The position numbers and the translations under genes are program-made. Shown piece after piece: positions 49,093 to 62,264 of a stretch of DNA of 64,000 bases. Each line of letters opens with the position of its first letter. Position 1 is the first letter of the stretch. The stretch lies in NCBI RefSeq assembly GCF_006345805.1, contig NC_043005.1:105958001-106022000 (forward strand), in the 5' to 3' direction. Under the pieces are notes generated by a model. The model saw only the letters and a program-made list of their open reading frames with translations. It made no database searches and was not told the DNA's origin. Source of the stretch: Octopus sinensis (lineage: Eukaryota).

Positions 49093-49725
49093 AATTACAT
49101 ATTCATGTGACTGTGTGTGTGAGTGTTTGTGTTGTGTTAGGGTATGTGTGGTATACAAATACGCATGTGTGTGCGTGCATGTATGAATGTATGTGTGGGT
49201 GAGTGTATATGTGCATGCATATATGTATGTGTAACTGCATGTTCAATAATATATAGTTTATGTATATCAAAATTACATGCCTGCGTGTGTATACATTTGA
49301 ATATTAAAGTCCATATACACAAATCTTTATGCAGACTTATGCTTTGTGAATATAAATCATTATCATATCCTGGTGCGTTTTATTTTCTTTATTCATTGGA
49401 CAGAAAATGGCAGAATTGGGAGAACAGCAGTAACAATGTCTTGGCATATTTTCTAACAACTCATTACAAGTTCAAACCCTACACAGGTCACCGTTGTATT
49501 TTATACTTCAAAGGAATGTTTTTCACTTGAATGTTTTACATGTGCCACTGACACAAGTGCCAGTAAGGCGGTGCTGGTAACAATCATATTTGAATGTTGC
49601 TTTTTACGTGCCACCAGCATAGAAGCCAGTCACCTGCTCTGGCAGCGATCACGCTCACATCGTGCTCTTCACTCAGATGGTGCTCTTCACTTGGATGGTG
49701 CTCTTATATATATATATATATATAT

Positions 49726-50126
49726 ATATTGTTATATTTCGGAATGGTCATTTTGCCAGTTTAGCCAATAAAAACACGCACTATATATTTGGTGTTATTT
49801 TGCTTCAGTGTTATTTATTTTTTACATTAATCTTAATCTTATTTCAGCCAGAGCTCTTCATCACACTCCTGTGACCGCATCAGAGGTCCTTTGCTTTCTT
49901 CTTTCTTATTTGATGCGGTCACAGGAGTGTGACGAAAGAACTCTGGCCGAAATAAGATTAAGATTAATGTGAAAAATAAATAACACTGAAGCAAAGTAAC
50001 ACTAAATATATAGTGCGTGTGCTTTTATTGGCTAAACTGGCAAAATGACCATTCCGAAATATAACAATATCTGTTTCAACACACGACTTTGCATAAAAAA
50101 TCTTGCACAACAAATATATAAACGTA
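49726..50126. mobile_element. Fold-back family H2 (duplicated copy)
   Basis: Part of the 1.08-kb duplication. Confidence 0.9.
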
Positions 50127-50194
50127 CTATATATATATATATATATATATATGCATATTAGAAGGTTTGGAGATGATGTACAAGTATTATATAT

Positions 50195-50438
50195 AAGAAG
50201 AAAAGAGGTACTCAGAAATCCGGATGGTTTTATATTTACAGATATTTATTTGTGTATTACATGTTTTTATACATCATATATCATATATCATATATTAGCG
50301 CTTTTGTCCATTCTAGTGGAGTCTTCAAATTGAACTTAGTTCATATATATGAAATATGATCTATAAAAACATGTAACATACTAATAAATATCTGTAAATA
50401 TAAAACCATCCAGATTTCTGAGTACCTCATTTCTTCTA
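50195..50438. mobile_element. MITE with terminal inverted repeats of about 85 bp
   Basis: AGAAGAAAAGAGGTACTCAGAAATCCGGATGG...CCATCCAGATTTCTGAGTACCTCATTTCTTCT. Confidence 0.75.
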
Positions 50439-51311
50439 ATACGTATGTATATATATGTGTGTGTGTGTGTGCGTGTGTGTATGCATTATGTATGTATGCA
50501 TGTGTGAGTGTATGTATAAGTGTGCTTGTGTGTACCCCTGTACAGACACCATATGATGGTTGTAAATTAGCATCTTGCATTAATTTAGCATCATACAAGC
50601 AAGATTCATCATTTCTTGTCTTCTGTGATAAAAAAAAAATGTCTCGTCAAGGATGGCAAAATATTTCTTCTTTGTTTGGAAACAAGTGAACGTTGATGAC
50701 AGAAGGAACATCTGACCAGAGGAAATCTTCCTCAACAAATTCCGTCTGACTCATGCCAGCATGGACAAACGTATTGTCATAGCTATAGAATTATTACACT
50801 TGTCAACAACACTTTATTCCCAAAATCTCAGTAAGATCATCAACAGAAGAAGACAATAGCAATAGCAACAACAACAGCAGCTGTTCAAGAATTCGGACCT
50901 GGAGATCTCCATTTCCAATGACTTCGAGGGCCACCTGCCAGTGGTGTCGGGTGTCAACGAAGAGCCCTCGACTACAAGATGACCAAAGTTTTTTTTTGCA
51001 AGGTCTGGGGTCTCCCACCCCTAAGCCCTAGACCCTCACCTAATCACCCTTACCCGTCTTGTTGCTTAGCAACAACAACAACAACAACAACAACAACAGC
51101 AACAGCAGTAATATGATTTTTAACTGAAGTATAAGGCCTGAAATTTAGGACAAAGAACAGTTGATTATACTGCCCCAGTTCATAACTGGTATTTTATTTT
51201 AGTGACCCTCCCATCCTGAGACTGATGGAAGTCGAAGTATTTGCCTGTGGGTAGAATTTGATTCAGAATGGGAAGAGCTGGAACAAATAATAACTTGTCT
51301 GATGCTCAAGT

Positions 51312-51727
51312 GGCGCAGGAGTGGCTGTGTGGTAAGTAGCTTGCTTACCAACCACATGGTTCCGCGTTCAGTCCCACTGCATGGCACCTTGGGCAAGTGT
51401 CTTCTGCTATAGCGTTGGGCTGACCAAAGCCTTGTGAATGGATTTGGTAGACGGAAACTGAAAGAAGCCCATCGTATATATGTATATATGTATGTATGTG
51501 TGTGTGTGTATATGTTTGTGTGTCTGTGTTTGTCCCCCCACCCAACATCGCTTGACAACCGATGATGGTGTGTTTACATCCCTGTAACTTAGCGGTTCAG
51601 TAAAAGAGAGACTAATAGAATAAGTACTAGGCTTACAAAGAATAAGTCCCGGGGTCGATTTGGTCGACTAAAGGCAGTGCTCCAGCATGGTCACAGTCAC
51701 ATGACTGAAACATGTAAAAGAGAGAGT
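51312..51727 (+). mobile_element. SINE-A with TSD
   Basis: ATGCTCAAG on both flanks. Confidence 0.9.
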
Positions 51728-52419
51728 AATGCTCAAGGGATTCTGTCAATCCACCATTCTTTAACTGTATCAAAATTGACATCAGTGAAATAACAGCAAG
51801 AACAACATAAACAACAACAACAACAACAACTAGTAATAAGGAAGACAATAACAGTAACAACAACAGTCACATCAATAACCACCATCATGACAACAACACT
51901 AAGCAACAACAACAATGGAAACAAGAACAACGACAACGACTCTAAAATTAGTTATAATGACCATCACCAACAATAATGACAACAGCAACAACAACAACAA
52001 AAACAACAACAACAATAACAGTCGCATCAGCAGCAAAAATACCAGGAACATCAAAACTGTCCCTCAACTTGGGCGTGTCTATTAGGGATAGGAAGCAAAG
52101 AGAGGGAGGGGGAGAAAGGGGGTTAGAAAGAGAGTAAGGAGAGTGAGGGGGGTAGGGAAAGCAATCGGAGGGGGGCAGAATGAAAATATGGTGGGGGTGG
52201 GGGAGTGAGAGAAGACATAACTTTGTGATATTTCATTGTGATTGCTGGTTGTTGTTGTTGTTGGTGGTGGTGGTGGTGGGGTGTCGTCATTATTGCTGTT
52301 TCCTCTTCTGCATCCTTGCCTTCCTCCTCCTCCTCCTCCTCTTCTTTGTCACGGTCTTTTCTCTTTTCCTCATTTTAGTTTTACTATGATTTAATGATCT
52401 TTGATATAGCCATTATAGT

Positions 52420-53096
52420 CGTTACATTGTGAAACCTGATGCTGCTGATGGTGACGATGGTGGTGACGATGGTGGTGGTGACGGTGGTGGTGGTGGTGGT
52501 GAGGGTGGTGGGTGTGACGGTGTGGTGAGGGGGGTGGTGGTGGTGGTGGTGGTGGTGGTGGTGGTGGCAGTGGTGGCAGTGATGGTGGTGGTGGTTTAGT
52601 GGTGGTGGTGGTGGTGGTGGTGGTGGTGGTGGTGGTGGTGGGGTGACGGTTGTGGTGGTGGGGTGAGGTGGTGGTGGTGACGGTGGTGTGGGGTGGTTGG
52701 TTGGTGGTGGTGGTGGTGGTGGTGGGGGTGGTGGGTGCAGTTGGTGGCAGTGATGTGGTGGTGGTGACGGTGTGTGTGGTGGTGGTGGTGGTGGTGGTGG
52801 TGGTGGACGGTGGTGACGGTGTGGTGGTGGTGGTAGTGACAACAATGACAATGAAGGTGATGATGATGATGATAATGATGATGATGATGACGACGATGAC
52901 GAGATGATGATGATGATGACGACGATGACGATGATGATGATAATGATGATGATAATGATGATGATGATGATAATGATGATGATGATGACGATGATGATGA
53001 TGACGACGATGACGATGATGATGATAATGATGATGATAATGATGATGATGATGATAATGACGATGATGATGATGACGACGATGATGATGATGATGA

Positions 53097-53128
<32 letters not shown>

Positions 53129-53390
53129 AATGATGATGATAATGATGATGATGATGATAATGATGATGATAATGATGATGATGATGATAATGATGATGAT
53201 GATGACGATGATGATGATGATGACGATGATGATGATGATGATGATGTTGCTGTTGCTGATGATGATGTCAGTGGTAATGATAATGATAATGATGATAATG
53301 TTGATGGTCTTGATGGTGGTTCTGGCAGCAGCAGCAGCAGTAGTAGTAGTGATAGTAGTAATAGTAGTAGTAGTAGCAGCAGCAGTGAGA
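52420..53390. repeat. About 1-kb (GGT)n then (GAT)n compound array
   Basis: Visible directly. Confidence 0.95.
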
Positions 53391-53631
53391 AATAAAGTTT
53401 AAAAAATGTAAACTTGCAAGAAGAAGCAAGAGGAGATAACTAAAGTAATAATCAGGTTAATATCCCAATAAAATGATATATATAATAATAATAATAATAA
53501 TATATGTATATATATATATATGTATATATGTATATATATATATAGTATATATATATGTATATATATATGTATATATATATGTGTATATATATATGTGTAT
53601 ATATATATATGTATATATATATGTATATATT

Positions 53632-53677
<46 letters not shown>

Positions 53678-54464
53678 AAGAGGGAGAGAGAGAAATTATG
53701 AAAAACAAGTACAACAGCGTCATCATACCAAACAACACCACCAACAACAACAACAATGTTGATTTCTTTTTAATAAGTGACAACATTATTATTTATGGTG
53801 AGTGAAATGTAGTCGGAGGGTTGGTGGAAACAGTGACTAGTTAAGTAGTAGGATATCTTATTAATAATATGGCTGTGAGAAAAATAACTCAGGGGTATGT
53901 TTTTGCATACTAAGTACAAGGCAGTAAGGTCTCTCTCTCATATGGAACGAAGTGGGGTGTAAAAACATTAAGCAACTGTGATGTGTGTTGCTTTTAAATT
54001 TTAACTACATCTAAAGGGAGTTTTTAGCTTACTTAGATATTTAGACAATCCCAGTCGACTGAAGTTTTTCACCTCATTGTATTACATCTAATAGATACTA
54101 CGATATTTGGTTTTAATATGCAGAACGGTTCCTTGTTATATTTTCTCATAGCCATAATGCTTATATTCATTGTGAACATCACTACTTTCTCTCTCTCTCT
54201 CTTGTCATATGTGTGCATGTAGCCATGTTTGTGTATGCATGAGGTGTGTGTGTATTTAATAACAGTTTGACCCAGCTCCATAAGACTTTATTATATATTG
54301 GATGAGATGGATATGGCCCATGCACCTTTAAAACTTTAAGTCATATCGAACTGAGTCAAGCTTTTATTAAAAATATGTATAACTCCTGCCAAATGTGAGT
54401 CACTCTCATTTGTTCATTCACTAGTATACACACACATATAAATACACACACACACGTGTGTATA

Positions 54465-54853
54465 CTCTTTACTCTTTTACTTGTTTCAGTCATTTGACTG
54501 CGGTCATGCTGGAGCACCGCCTCTAGTCGAGTAAATCGACCCTGGGACTTATTCTTTGTAAGCCCAGTACTTATTCTATCGGTCTCTTTTGCCAAACCGC
54601 TAAGTGACGGGGACGTAAACACACCAGCATCGCTTGTCAAGCAATGCCAGGGGGACAAACACAGACAGACACACACACATATATATATACATATATACGA
54701 CGGGCTTCTTTCAGTTTCCGTCCACCAAATCCACTCACAAGGCATTGGTCTGCCCGGGGCTATAGCAGAAGACACTTGCCCAAGATCCCAATCAGTGGGA
54801 CTGAACCCGGAACCATGTGGCTGGTTAGCAAGCTACTTACCACACAGCCACAC
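54465..54853 (-). mobile_element. SINE-A
   Basis: Family match. Confidence 0.9.
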
Positions 54854-55289
54854 CTTATATTGATAACTTCTTATTTTTACTTTGGAGATTATGATTTACT
54901 GATGAGGTTTAACTCCGAAGAATGTCCGTTGCTTTCAACAGTGGACTGATCACAACCATTCCAGTCTACATTGTCTTATATTTTACAAAAATTTTGACCA
55001 ACAGATTTCAATTGAATTATCTCCCTTGTTTGATGGTTTCGGTCTTTGAATTGCATTATTTTACTTTGTGAAAACTTACATTAACGAAGAAATGAAAGGT
55101 GTGTAAATTGGCCAAATATTCACTGGTTCAATCATTTTCTCACTTGACAGAGAATTCTAGAGAAATAACATTTAGTCAGCACACAAGAATGATAGGATTG
55201 AGTGAATGAGGGAACTTAGAAATTACAGCCAACTTCATTAACTGACATCATGTCATTTGAAAGAAATACTCATGATAATGTAATCCTTT

Positions 55290-55700
55290 ATATCCTTTTA
55301 CCCTTTTTTAGTCATTTGATTGCAGCCATGCTGGAGCACTGCCTTTAGTCGAGCAAATTGGCCCCAGGACTTATTCTTCGTAAGCCTAGTACTTATTCTA
55401 TCAGTTCTTTTTCTGAACTGTTAATTTACAGGAATGTAAACACACCACCATCGGTTGTCAAGCGATGTTGGGGGAACAAACACACACACACAAATGTATA
55501 CACACACACACACATACATATATATATACATATATACGATAGTCTTCTTTCAGTTTCTGCCAACCAAATCCACTTACAAGGCTTTGGTCGACCCGAGGCT
55601 ATAGTAGAAGACACTTGCCCAACGTGCCATGCAGTGGGACTGAACCCGGAACCATGTGGTTGGTAAGCAAGCTGCTTACCACACAGCCACTCCTGCACCT
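55290..55700 (-). mobile_element. SINE-A
   Basis: Family match. Confidence 0.9.
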
Positions 55701-55726
55701 ATGAATGTATGTATGTATTTTTACAT

Positions 55727-55774
<48 letters not shown>

Positions 55775-55795
55775 TATGTATATACATATATAATA

Positions 55796-56398
55796 TACTC
55801 TTTTACTCTTTTACTCTTTTACTTGTTTCAGTCATTAGACTGCGGCCATGCTGGAGCACTGCCTTTTAGTACTTATTCTATCGGTCTCTTTTGCCGAACC
55901 GCTAAGTGATGGGGACGTAAACACACCAGCATCGGTTGTCAAGCAATGCTAGGGGGACAAACACAGGCACACAAACACATACGCACACACATACATATAT
56001 ATATATATACATATATAATATACTCTTTTACTCTTTTACTCTTTTACTTGTTTCAGTCATTAGACTGCGGCCATGCTGGAGCACTGCCTTTTAGTACTTA
56101 TTCTATCGGTCTCTTTTGCCGAACCGCTAAGTGATGGGGACGTAAACACACCAGCATCGGTTGTCAAGCAATGCTAGGGGGACAAACACAGGCACACAAA
56201 CACATACGCACACACATACATATATATATATACATATATACGACAGGCTTCTTTCAGTTTCCGTCTACCAAATCCACTCACAAGGCATTGGTCAGCCCGG
56301 GGCTATAGCAGAAGACACTTGCCCAAGATGCCACGCAGTGGGACTGAACCGGAACCATGTGTTGGTTAGCAAGCAACTTACCACACAGCCACTCCTGC

Positions 56399-56400
<2 letters not shown>
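55796..56400 (-). mobile_element. SINE-A with a tandemly duplicated 3' half (225-bp period)
   Basis: Both halves share the same internal deletion. Confidence 0.9.
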
Positions 56401-56458
<58 letters not shown>

Positions 56459-56465
56459 TAATATA

Positions 56466-56506
<41 letters not shown>

Positions 56507-56517
56507 TACAAATATAT

Positions 56518-56562
<45 letters not shown>

Positions 56563-57579
56563 TATATATATGTATAAAAAGATGGGATGGTCATGGTTGA
56601 AATATTATTGATCACGGGTCAACTGGATCAGTTTTGATCGTGGGTTAAACAAAGGACTGAGCTGGACAATTAAAGTCATTCAAAATTATCTGCCCCTTGT
56701 CAGATGATTTTTTTTTTGAACTGGAGGAAGGTGAAGTCAGTGCCTGTGGCATTGCAAGGCCCTCCAAGACACTTAAAATAGATAATAGATGCCATTTGTA
56801 GTCTTCTTGTACTTTGTAACTCAACCCCTCTGGGAAAGACAGATAAAAGAAAGGAATTCTAGACTTTGGGGAAGCTGGTGGGGATTGAGCCGGCAAAAAT
56901 TATTCAAGAAATTTATGAGTTCAGGTAAGTTTGTGTACCATTGGCAGAAGACCAATCTAATTGTTTAGGGGTTGTGCGTTCCTTTGAGACAGAGGAACAA
57001 AAAATATTTCAACAGTTAAAAAGGTTATTCTCTTTCTCAAACGATGATACATCAGCTGATACACTCCATCATTCATCCTAATTGTTGCAATATATATGGC
57101 AAAAAACGCTTCATAATATTAATTACCAAACACATCCTATGTGACTATAAACACCAATAGTAATTCAATAGGGACAAAATAGAAGATAGCTATAGCTGCA
57201 CAAGATAATAAAAAAAGATATGCTATGTAAGATATAATTAAATATCTAGAAACCCATAATCAAACATAGATGCATAAATGTATCAAAACCATTTGTCACT
57301 AGTGGAACTTGTCAAAAGAGGAAGTAATAAGCAAGACAACAACACTCCAAGTGAAAAAGCTGATTAAATATTATATCAGAGTAACAAGCAGGACTTTCAA
57401 AGCCAGACACACACAACATTTACACTCATTTCACAATGAATACATAAGATATGCAATATTTTTATCAAAGTGTGTTATCTGATATATGATGTACATACAT
57501 ACATACATAAATACATACACACACACACACATACATACATACATACATACATACATACGTACATACATGCATATGGTAA

Positions 57580-57817
57580 GAAGCTAGCTTCCCAACTACA
57601 TGGTTCCAGGTTCAGTCCCAATGCATGGCACCTTGGGCAAATGTCTTCTACAATAGTCTCAGGTTGACCAAAGCTTTGTAAGTGGGTTTGGCAGACGGAA
57701 ATTGATAGAAGTCTGTTGTATATATGTATGTATACACACACACACAAGCAGTGAGACTGAACCCAGAACCATGTGGTTGGTTAGCAAGTTATTTACAACA
57801 CAGCCACTCCTGCACCT
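57580..57817. mobile_element. Two partial SINE-A heads in opposite orientation
   Basis: 57580-57745 (+) and 57750-57817 (-). Confidence 0.75.
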
Positions 57818-58399
57818 ACTACTACTGTCTAATGACAGTAATTTAGATAATTCAGGTATGTGATTATATACTGAATGACATATGCAAAATTTCAAAAGTT
57901 TAACTGAAATTTACCTTCCAGTTGATGAAACAGAAAATAAGTGAAACAATTGTTACATGGCAAATTATTAATTTTGATTCTGAGGTGAAAAATCTGATCT
58001 TTTTTAACTGGAGAGATAATAGCTGCTGACATGGTTCAGCATTATTACAACTCATTAGTCAAGCATCTTCATCATGAGCTTTCTCAAAAATTTGATCTAA
58101 TTTTGAGTCCTGCTGCAATGATGTGTTAATCTAGTTCTCATTAACATGAGAACTAAAATTTGGGTTTCTAAGAGAAGATATATCCTCCCCTATTCCTCTC
58201 ATCATTTCACTAACATATTTAATTTTCTCTGTACCCCCATCTCTCTTCATTTATCCTTATATCTTTCACCAGCAATTTCCCTATCGTTAAACTCCTTTTC
58301 TGAACCTCTATTCACTTCTGTATCTCAACCACTCACTTGCTTCTTACTATTTATCTATTACACCTTCTTTTTTCTTCACTTCACCTCTCACTCCTTCTA

Positions 58400-58445
58400 T
58401 ATCTATCTGTCTGTTTGTCTGTCTGCCTGCCTACCTGCCTACATG

Positions 58446-58484
<39 letters not shown>

Positions 58485-58588
58485 GTGAGTGTCTGTCTGT
58501 GTATCTGTCTGTCTATCTATCTGTCGGTCTGTCTATTTATCTATCTAATCTATCTGTCTATCTATCTGTCTATCTGTCTATCTATCTG

Positions 58589-58684
<96 letters not shown>

Positions 58685-58815
58685 ATCGAAAACCTAACCC
58701 ACTTTTTTTCTCCTAAAAAAAAAAGCTCTACCTTGTAATTTGCCCCGTCTGTGTGCAGCCCTGTGTGTCTAATAAAGAAACATATCTATCTATCAATCTA
58801 TCCATCTATCCATCC

Positions 58816-58875
<60 letters not shown>
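58400..58875. repeat. (TCTA)n arrays around a short LINE-tail-like fragment
   Basis: Visible directly. AGCCCTGTGTGTCTAATAAAGAAA near 58757-58780. Confidence 0.85.
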
Positions 58876-58876
<1 letters not shown>

Positions 58877-59279
58877 CTCCTACCTCACCTCCCACTTTGT
58901 CTCTATTAGTCCTTATCTTTCCTCCACCTCTTACCCATTCACCTCCACTCACTTACCCCTCCTCTTCAGCCTCACATTCCTCTCACTTCATCATATTTCC
59001 ACCTCAACGATTCTTTCATCCATTTATTAATATTTTCTACAGTGAATTGTCACTTTCTTAAAAGTTGTTATTATTGCTGCTGCTGATGAGGATGATGACG
59101 ACGTTAATAAAGGCAGCAGTGATGATGATGGTGATGTAACAACCCCCCTCCTCCTCCTCCTCCAGTTTTATCAATTATTTATTTGCTGTTGCTACTGATG
59201 TTGTGGTTGTGATTCTTGTTTTACCTCTTTTCATGTTAATCATAAATTATTCATTTGCCTGCTTCTGTTGCTGCAGCTA

Positions 59280-59670
59280 CCGATGATGATGAAGATGATG
59301 ATGATGACGATGATGATGATGAAGATGATGATGATGAAGATGATGATGATGAAGATCATGATGATGACAATGATGGTGATGATGATGATGGTGGTGATGA
59401 TGATGACGGTGGTGATGATGATGATGATGATGGCAATAATGATGATGAGATGACAATTACGATGATGCTGATGACAATGATGGTAATGATGATGATGGTG
59501 GTGGTGATGATGATGTTAATGAAGATGACGATGATGATGATGATGATAATGATGATGATGATGATGAAGATGGGGATGAAGAAGGCAATGTTGCTGCTGC
59601 TGTTAATGATGGTGATGATGAAGAGGGCAATGATGATGATGGCCATGACAATGATGATGATGATGATGTG
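59280..59670. repeat. (GAT)n-rich array
   Basis: Visible directly. Confidence 0.95.
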
Positions 59671-60132
59671 ATTGTGGTTGTTCTTGTTTTCATTGTTGTT
59701 ATCACTCTAATCATTGTCATCGTTACAGTTGCTATCATTGTCGCAACTGTTGTTGTTGTTGTTGTTGCTGTTGTTAATGCAGCATCTCAATAATTTAGAA
59801 TTAAAGACTAATTAGGAAAGATTTTTAAAATAACAACAACAACATTAAACACACACAAATACACACACATGCACGCAAACATACACATACACACACAAAC
59901 GCACATGCACACGTACACACATATACATGCACATACAAACAGATACACACATGCACGCATATATGCGCACATGTGTACACACACATACTCACACAAATGC
60001 ACACACACACACAACACACATACGCATGCACACACATGCATATGCACACACATACATGCACTCACGCACACACATACACATTCATATATACACACACATA
60101 CACATTCATATATATACACACACATACACATT

Positions 60133-60172
<40 letters not shown>

Positions 60173-60437
60173 CACAAATAAAACAAAAAACTACAAAATT
60201 TAACAACAAAAATCACTGAGGTACCAAACCATTGAAAAGAACAGGGAAAGGAAGACCTCTTCTGTTAACAACAACAACAGCAGCAACAACAACAAGCCAC
60301 CTATTTGTTGCTAACCACACCTACCCCCACCCCAACCTTTCTCTTAATTAGGGCTCATTAAATCTTTATGATGACAGATGACATTCTGGAAGGCCATTTG
60401 ATTTTAATCTGATGATTGATAACCTCTCATTTTCTTA

Positions 60438-60492
60438 GTTACTAGGCAGCAGCAGCCAGGTTGCTAAGGGCAACTGTGTTACCCATGGTAAC
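60438..60492. promoter_or_regulatory. Cluster of three RFX X-box-like motifs
   Basis: GTTACT-A-GGCAGC (60438), GTTGCT-AAG-GGCAAC (60460), GTTACC-CAT-GGTAAC (60478). Confidence 0.45.
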
Positions 60493-60544
60493 TGGCATCT
60501 GGACATAACCTGGGTAGAGATTGGGAGTAAGAGAGCCGTGAATA

Positions 60545-60696
60545 TATTGTTATATTTGGGTGGTTTTTCTTTTTTTTAATTATTGGTTAATATTTTTTAA
60601 TTTAAAATAAGTTTATGCTTCGTTTTATAACCACCCTAGGTGGTACTAATGGTCTAGCTGCTGCTGCTGCTGCCGCTGCTTCTGCTGCTGTTGCTG

Positions 60697-60730
<34 letters not shown>

Positions 60731-61975
60731 AATCACTACTACCACCTTCACTACCTTCATGAAGACCACCACCACTACCTTCACCATCACCACCACAACA
60801 ACCACCACCAACACTACCAACTTCACTGCTACTACTACTACTACCACCACCACCACCACCACCATCACTACTATTGCCATTACTAATACTACCGCCACCA
60901 CTACCTTCAGTGCCACCTTCACTACAACCACCACTATCACAATGACAACAACACCGACGCCCACCACCACCGCTACTACTATACTACTACTACTACTACT
61001 ACTACTACTGTTGCTGCTGCTGCTGCCACTACTACTACTACTACCTTCACCACTACCATTAGCTTCATTGTGATTATATAAGCAATTTTAGCAGTTGCGA
61101 CATCTACATCATCATCATCATCAACAGCATTGCCAGCAACAAGAAGCACAACAAGCAGAGGTACAACAACAACAAGCACAAAAAATATCAGCCTCTATAT
61201 GTGGTCAGTAGGCCATCTTGAAATAACAGTCAAAAACTCACTAAAATTATAACCCACTGTTTTAGAGCAAATGCAGATATTACACAATATGATTTCTAGA
61301 TGGAATGGTCATGGTTTGAATACTTTTGATCAAAGTTCTAATCAATTAGGATTGATCTAGAACAGTAAAGCACAAACTATGGATTAAATCCATCAGAATT
61401 TTTCGAATCCTGCTTAGACCCTCAGCATCCCTGGACCTTCAATTTCATTTCAATAAATCAGAACAAGATACAAAGGGTTCACACAGAGACACAATAAACT
61501 GATGGGCCTCTGTGACAGTGACAGTATTATACAGGGGGATTTCATAGTTTGGATAAGGCTGTATACCAAAATATAAAGAAGAATCTGATATTTCTTACCT
61601 GCTTTTTTGAGAGAGAAAAAATTGTTTAACTGTTTAAGATCTGTTTTCTCTCTCTCTCTCCCTTCTGTCTTTCCTCTTTCTCTCACCCTTCTCTCTTTCC
61701 TCTCTTTGTCTGTATCTCTCTATCTCTTTCACATACACACATACACAAAACGGAACATCCATGAAATGTTAAATTCCTCTTCTCCATGTGGTGGCAAGCT
61801 CTAATTCTAACAGACATAATTTTATAACCACCCTGGGTAGTTCTAATGTTATAGTAACAGCTATAGCATTAGTACCACTTAGGGTGGTTATGAAACAAAA
61901 CATTAACTTATTTTAAATTAAAAAATATTAATCTATAATTGAAATTAAAAACGACACCCCAAAATAACATAATGA
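60545..61975. repeat. Inverted pair of a 120-bp repeat flanking a trinucleotide-rich interior
   Basis: 60545-60662 versus 61855-61975 (ATAACCACCCTARGTGGTACTAATG). A third short inverted copy at about 61824-61850. Confidence 0.75.
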
Positions 61976-62264
61976 CAAAGAAAACTACCATACTTGTATA
62001 CTAAATACTGAAACTAGAAGATGGCTAATGTAGTGCCTGAGCACAAAACCCAATATAACTGGTGAGGAAAAGAGATGTGAGTGAGCCAAGACTTCACTGA
62101 GTGTTTGGGAGGAGTTGTACATGTTAACTATCACTAATCTGGTATCACTGTGACCTGAAGGGGGCCAGATTATTGAGTTTTGTCGAATTACAAAGTGATT
62201 AAGATAGTGTTCACATAATCCATATGATGATGATGATGATAGCCATCTCATACTACCTTTGAAA

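Larger units (their letters stand above)
48005..50130. repeat. Tandem duplication, two copies of about 1.08 kb
   Basis: 48005-49050 versus 49087-50130. Only a handful of substitutions and indels. Breakpoints lie in (TA)n. Confidence 0.95.

Noticed and set aside
51020-51055. Telomere-like repeats
   Set aside because: The CCCTAA-like words are irregular and do not form a tandem array.
54892-54952. CTGATGA-GG...CC-GAAG as a hammerhead, or TGATGA...CTGA as a C/D snoRNA
   Set aside because: GAAA is not intact and no stem I or III can form. The box spacing (about 50 nt) is short, the terminal stem is weak and I recognise no rRNA guide.
58132-58155. Perfect 10-bp inverted repeat TAGTTCTCAT-TAAC-ATGAGAACTA
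   Set aside because: Real, but short and AT-rich. An isolated case is plausible by chance in 64 kb.
60615-61073. Mucin-like Ala/Thr ORF (also 5602-6114)
   Set aside because: It starts inside a dispersed repeat arm and consists of trinucleotide repeats. There is no signal peptide or splice support.
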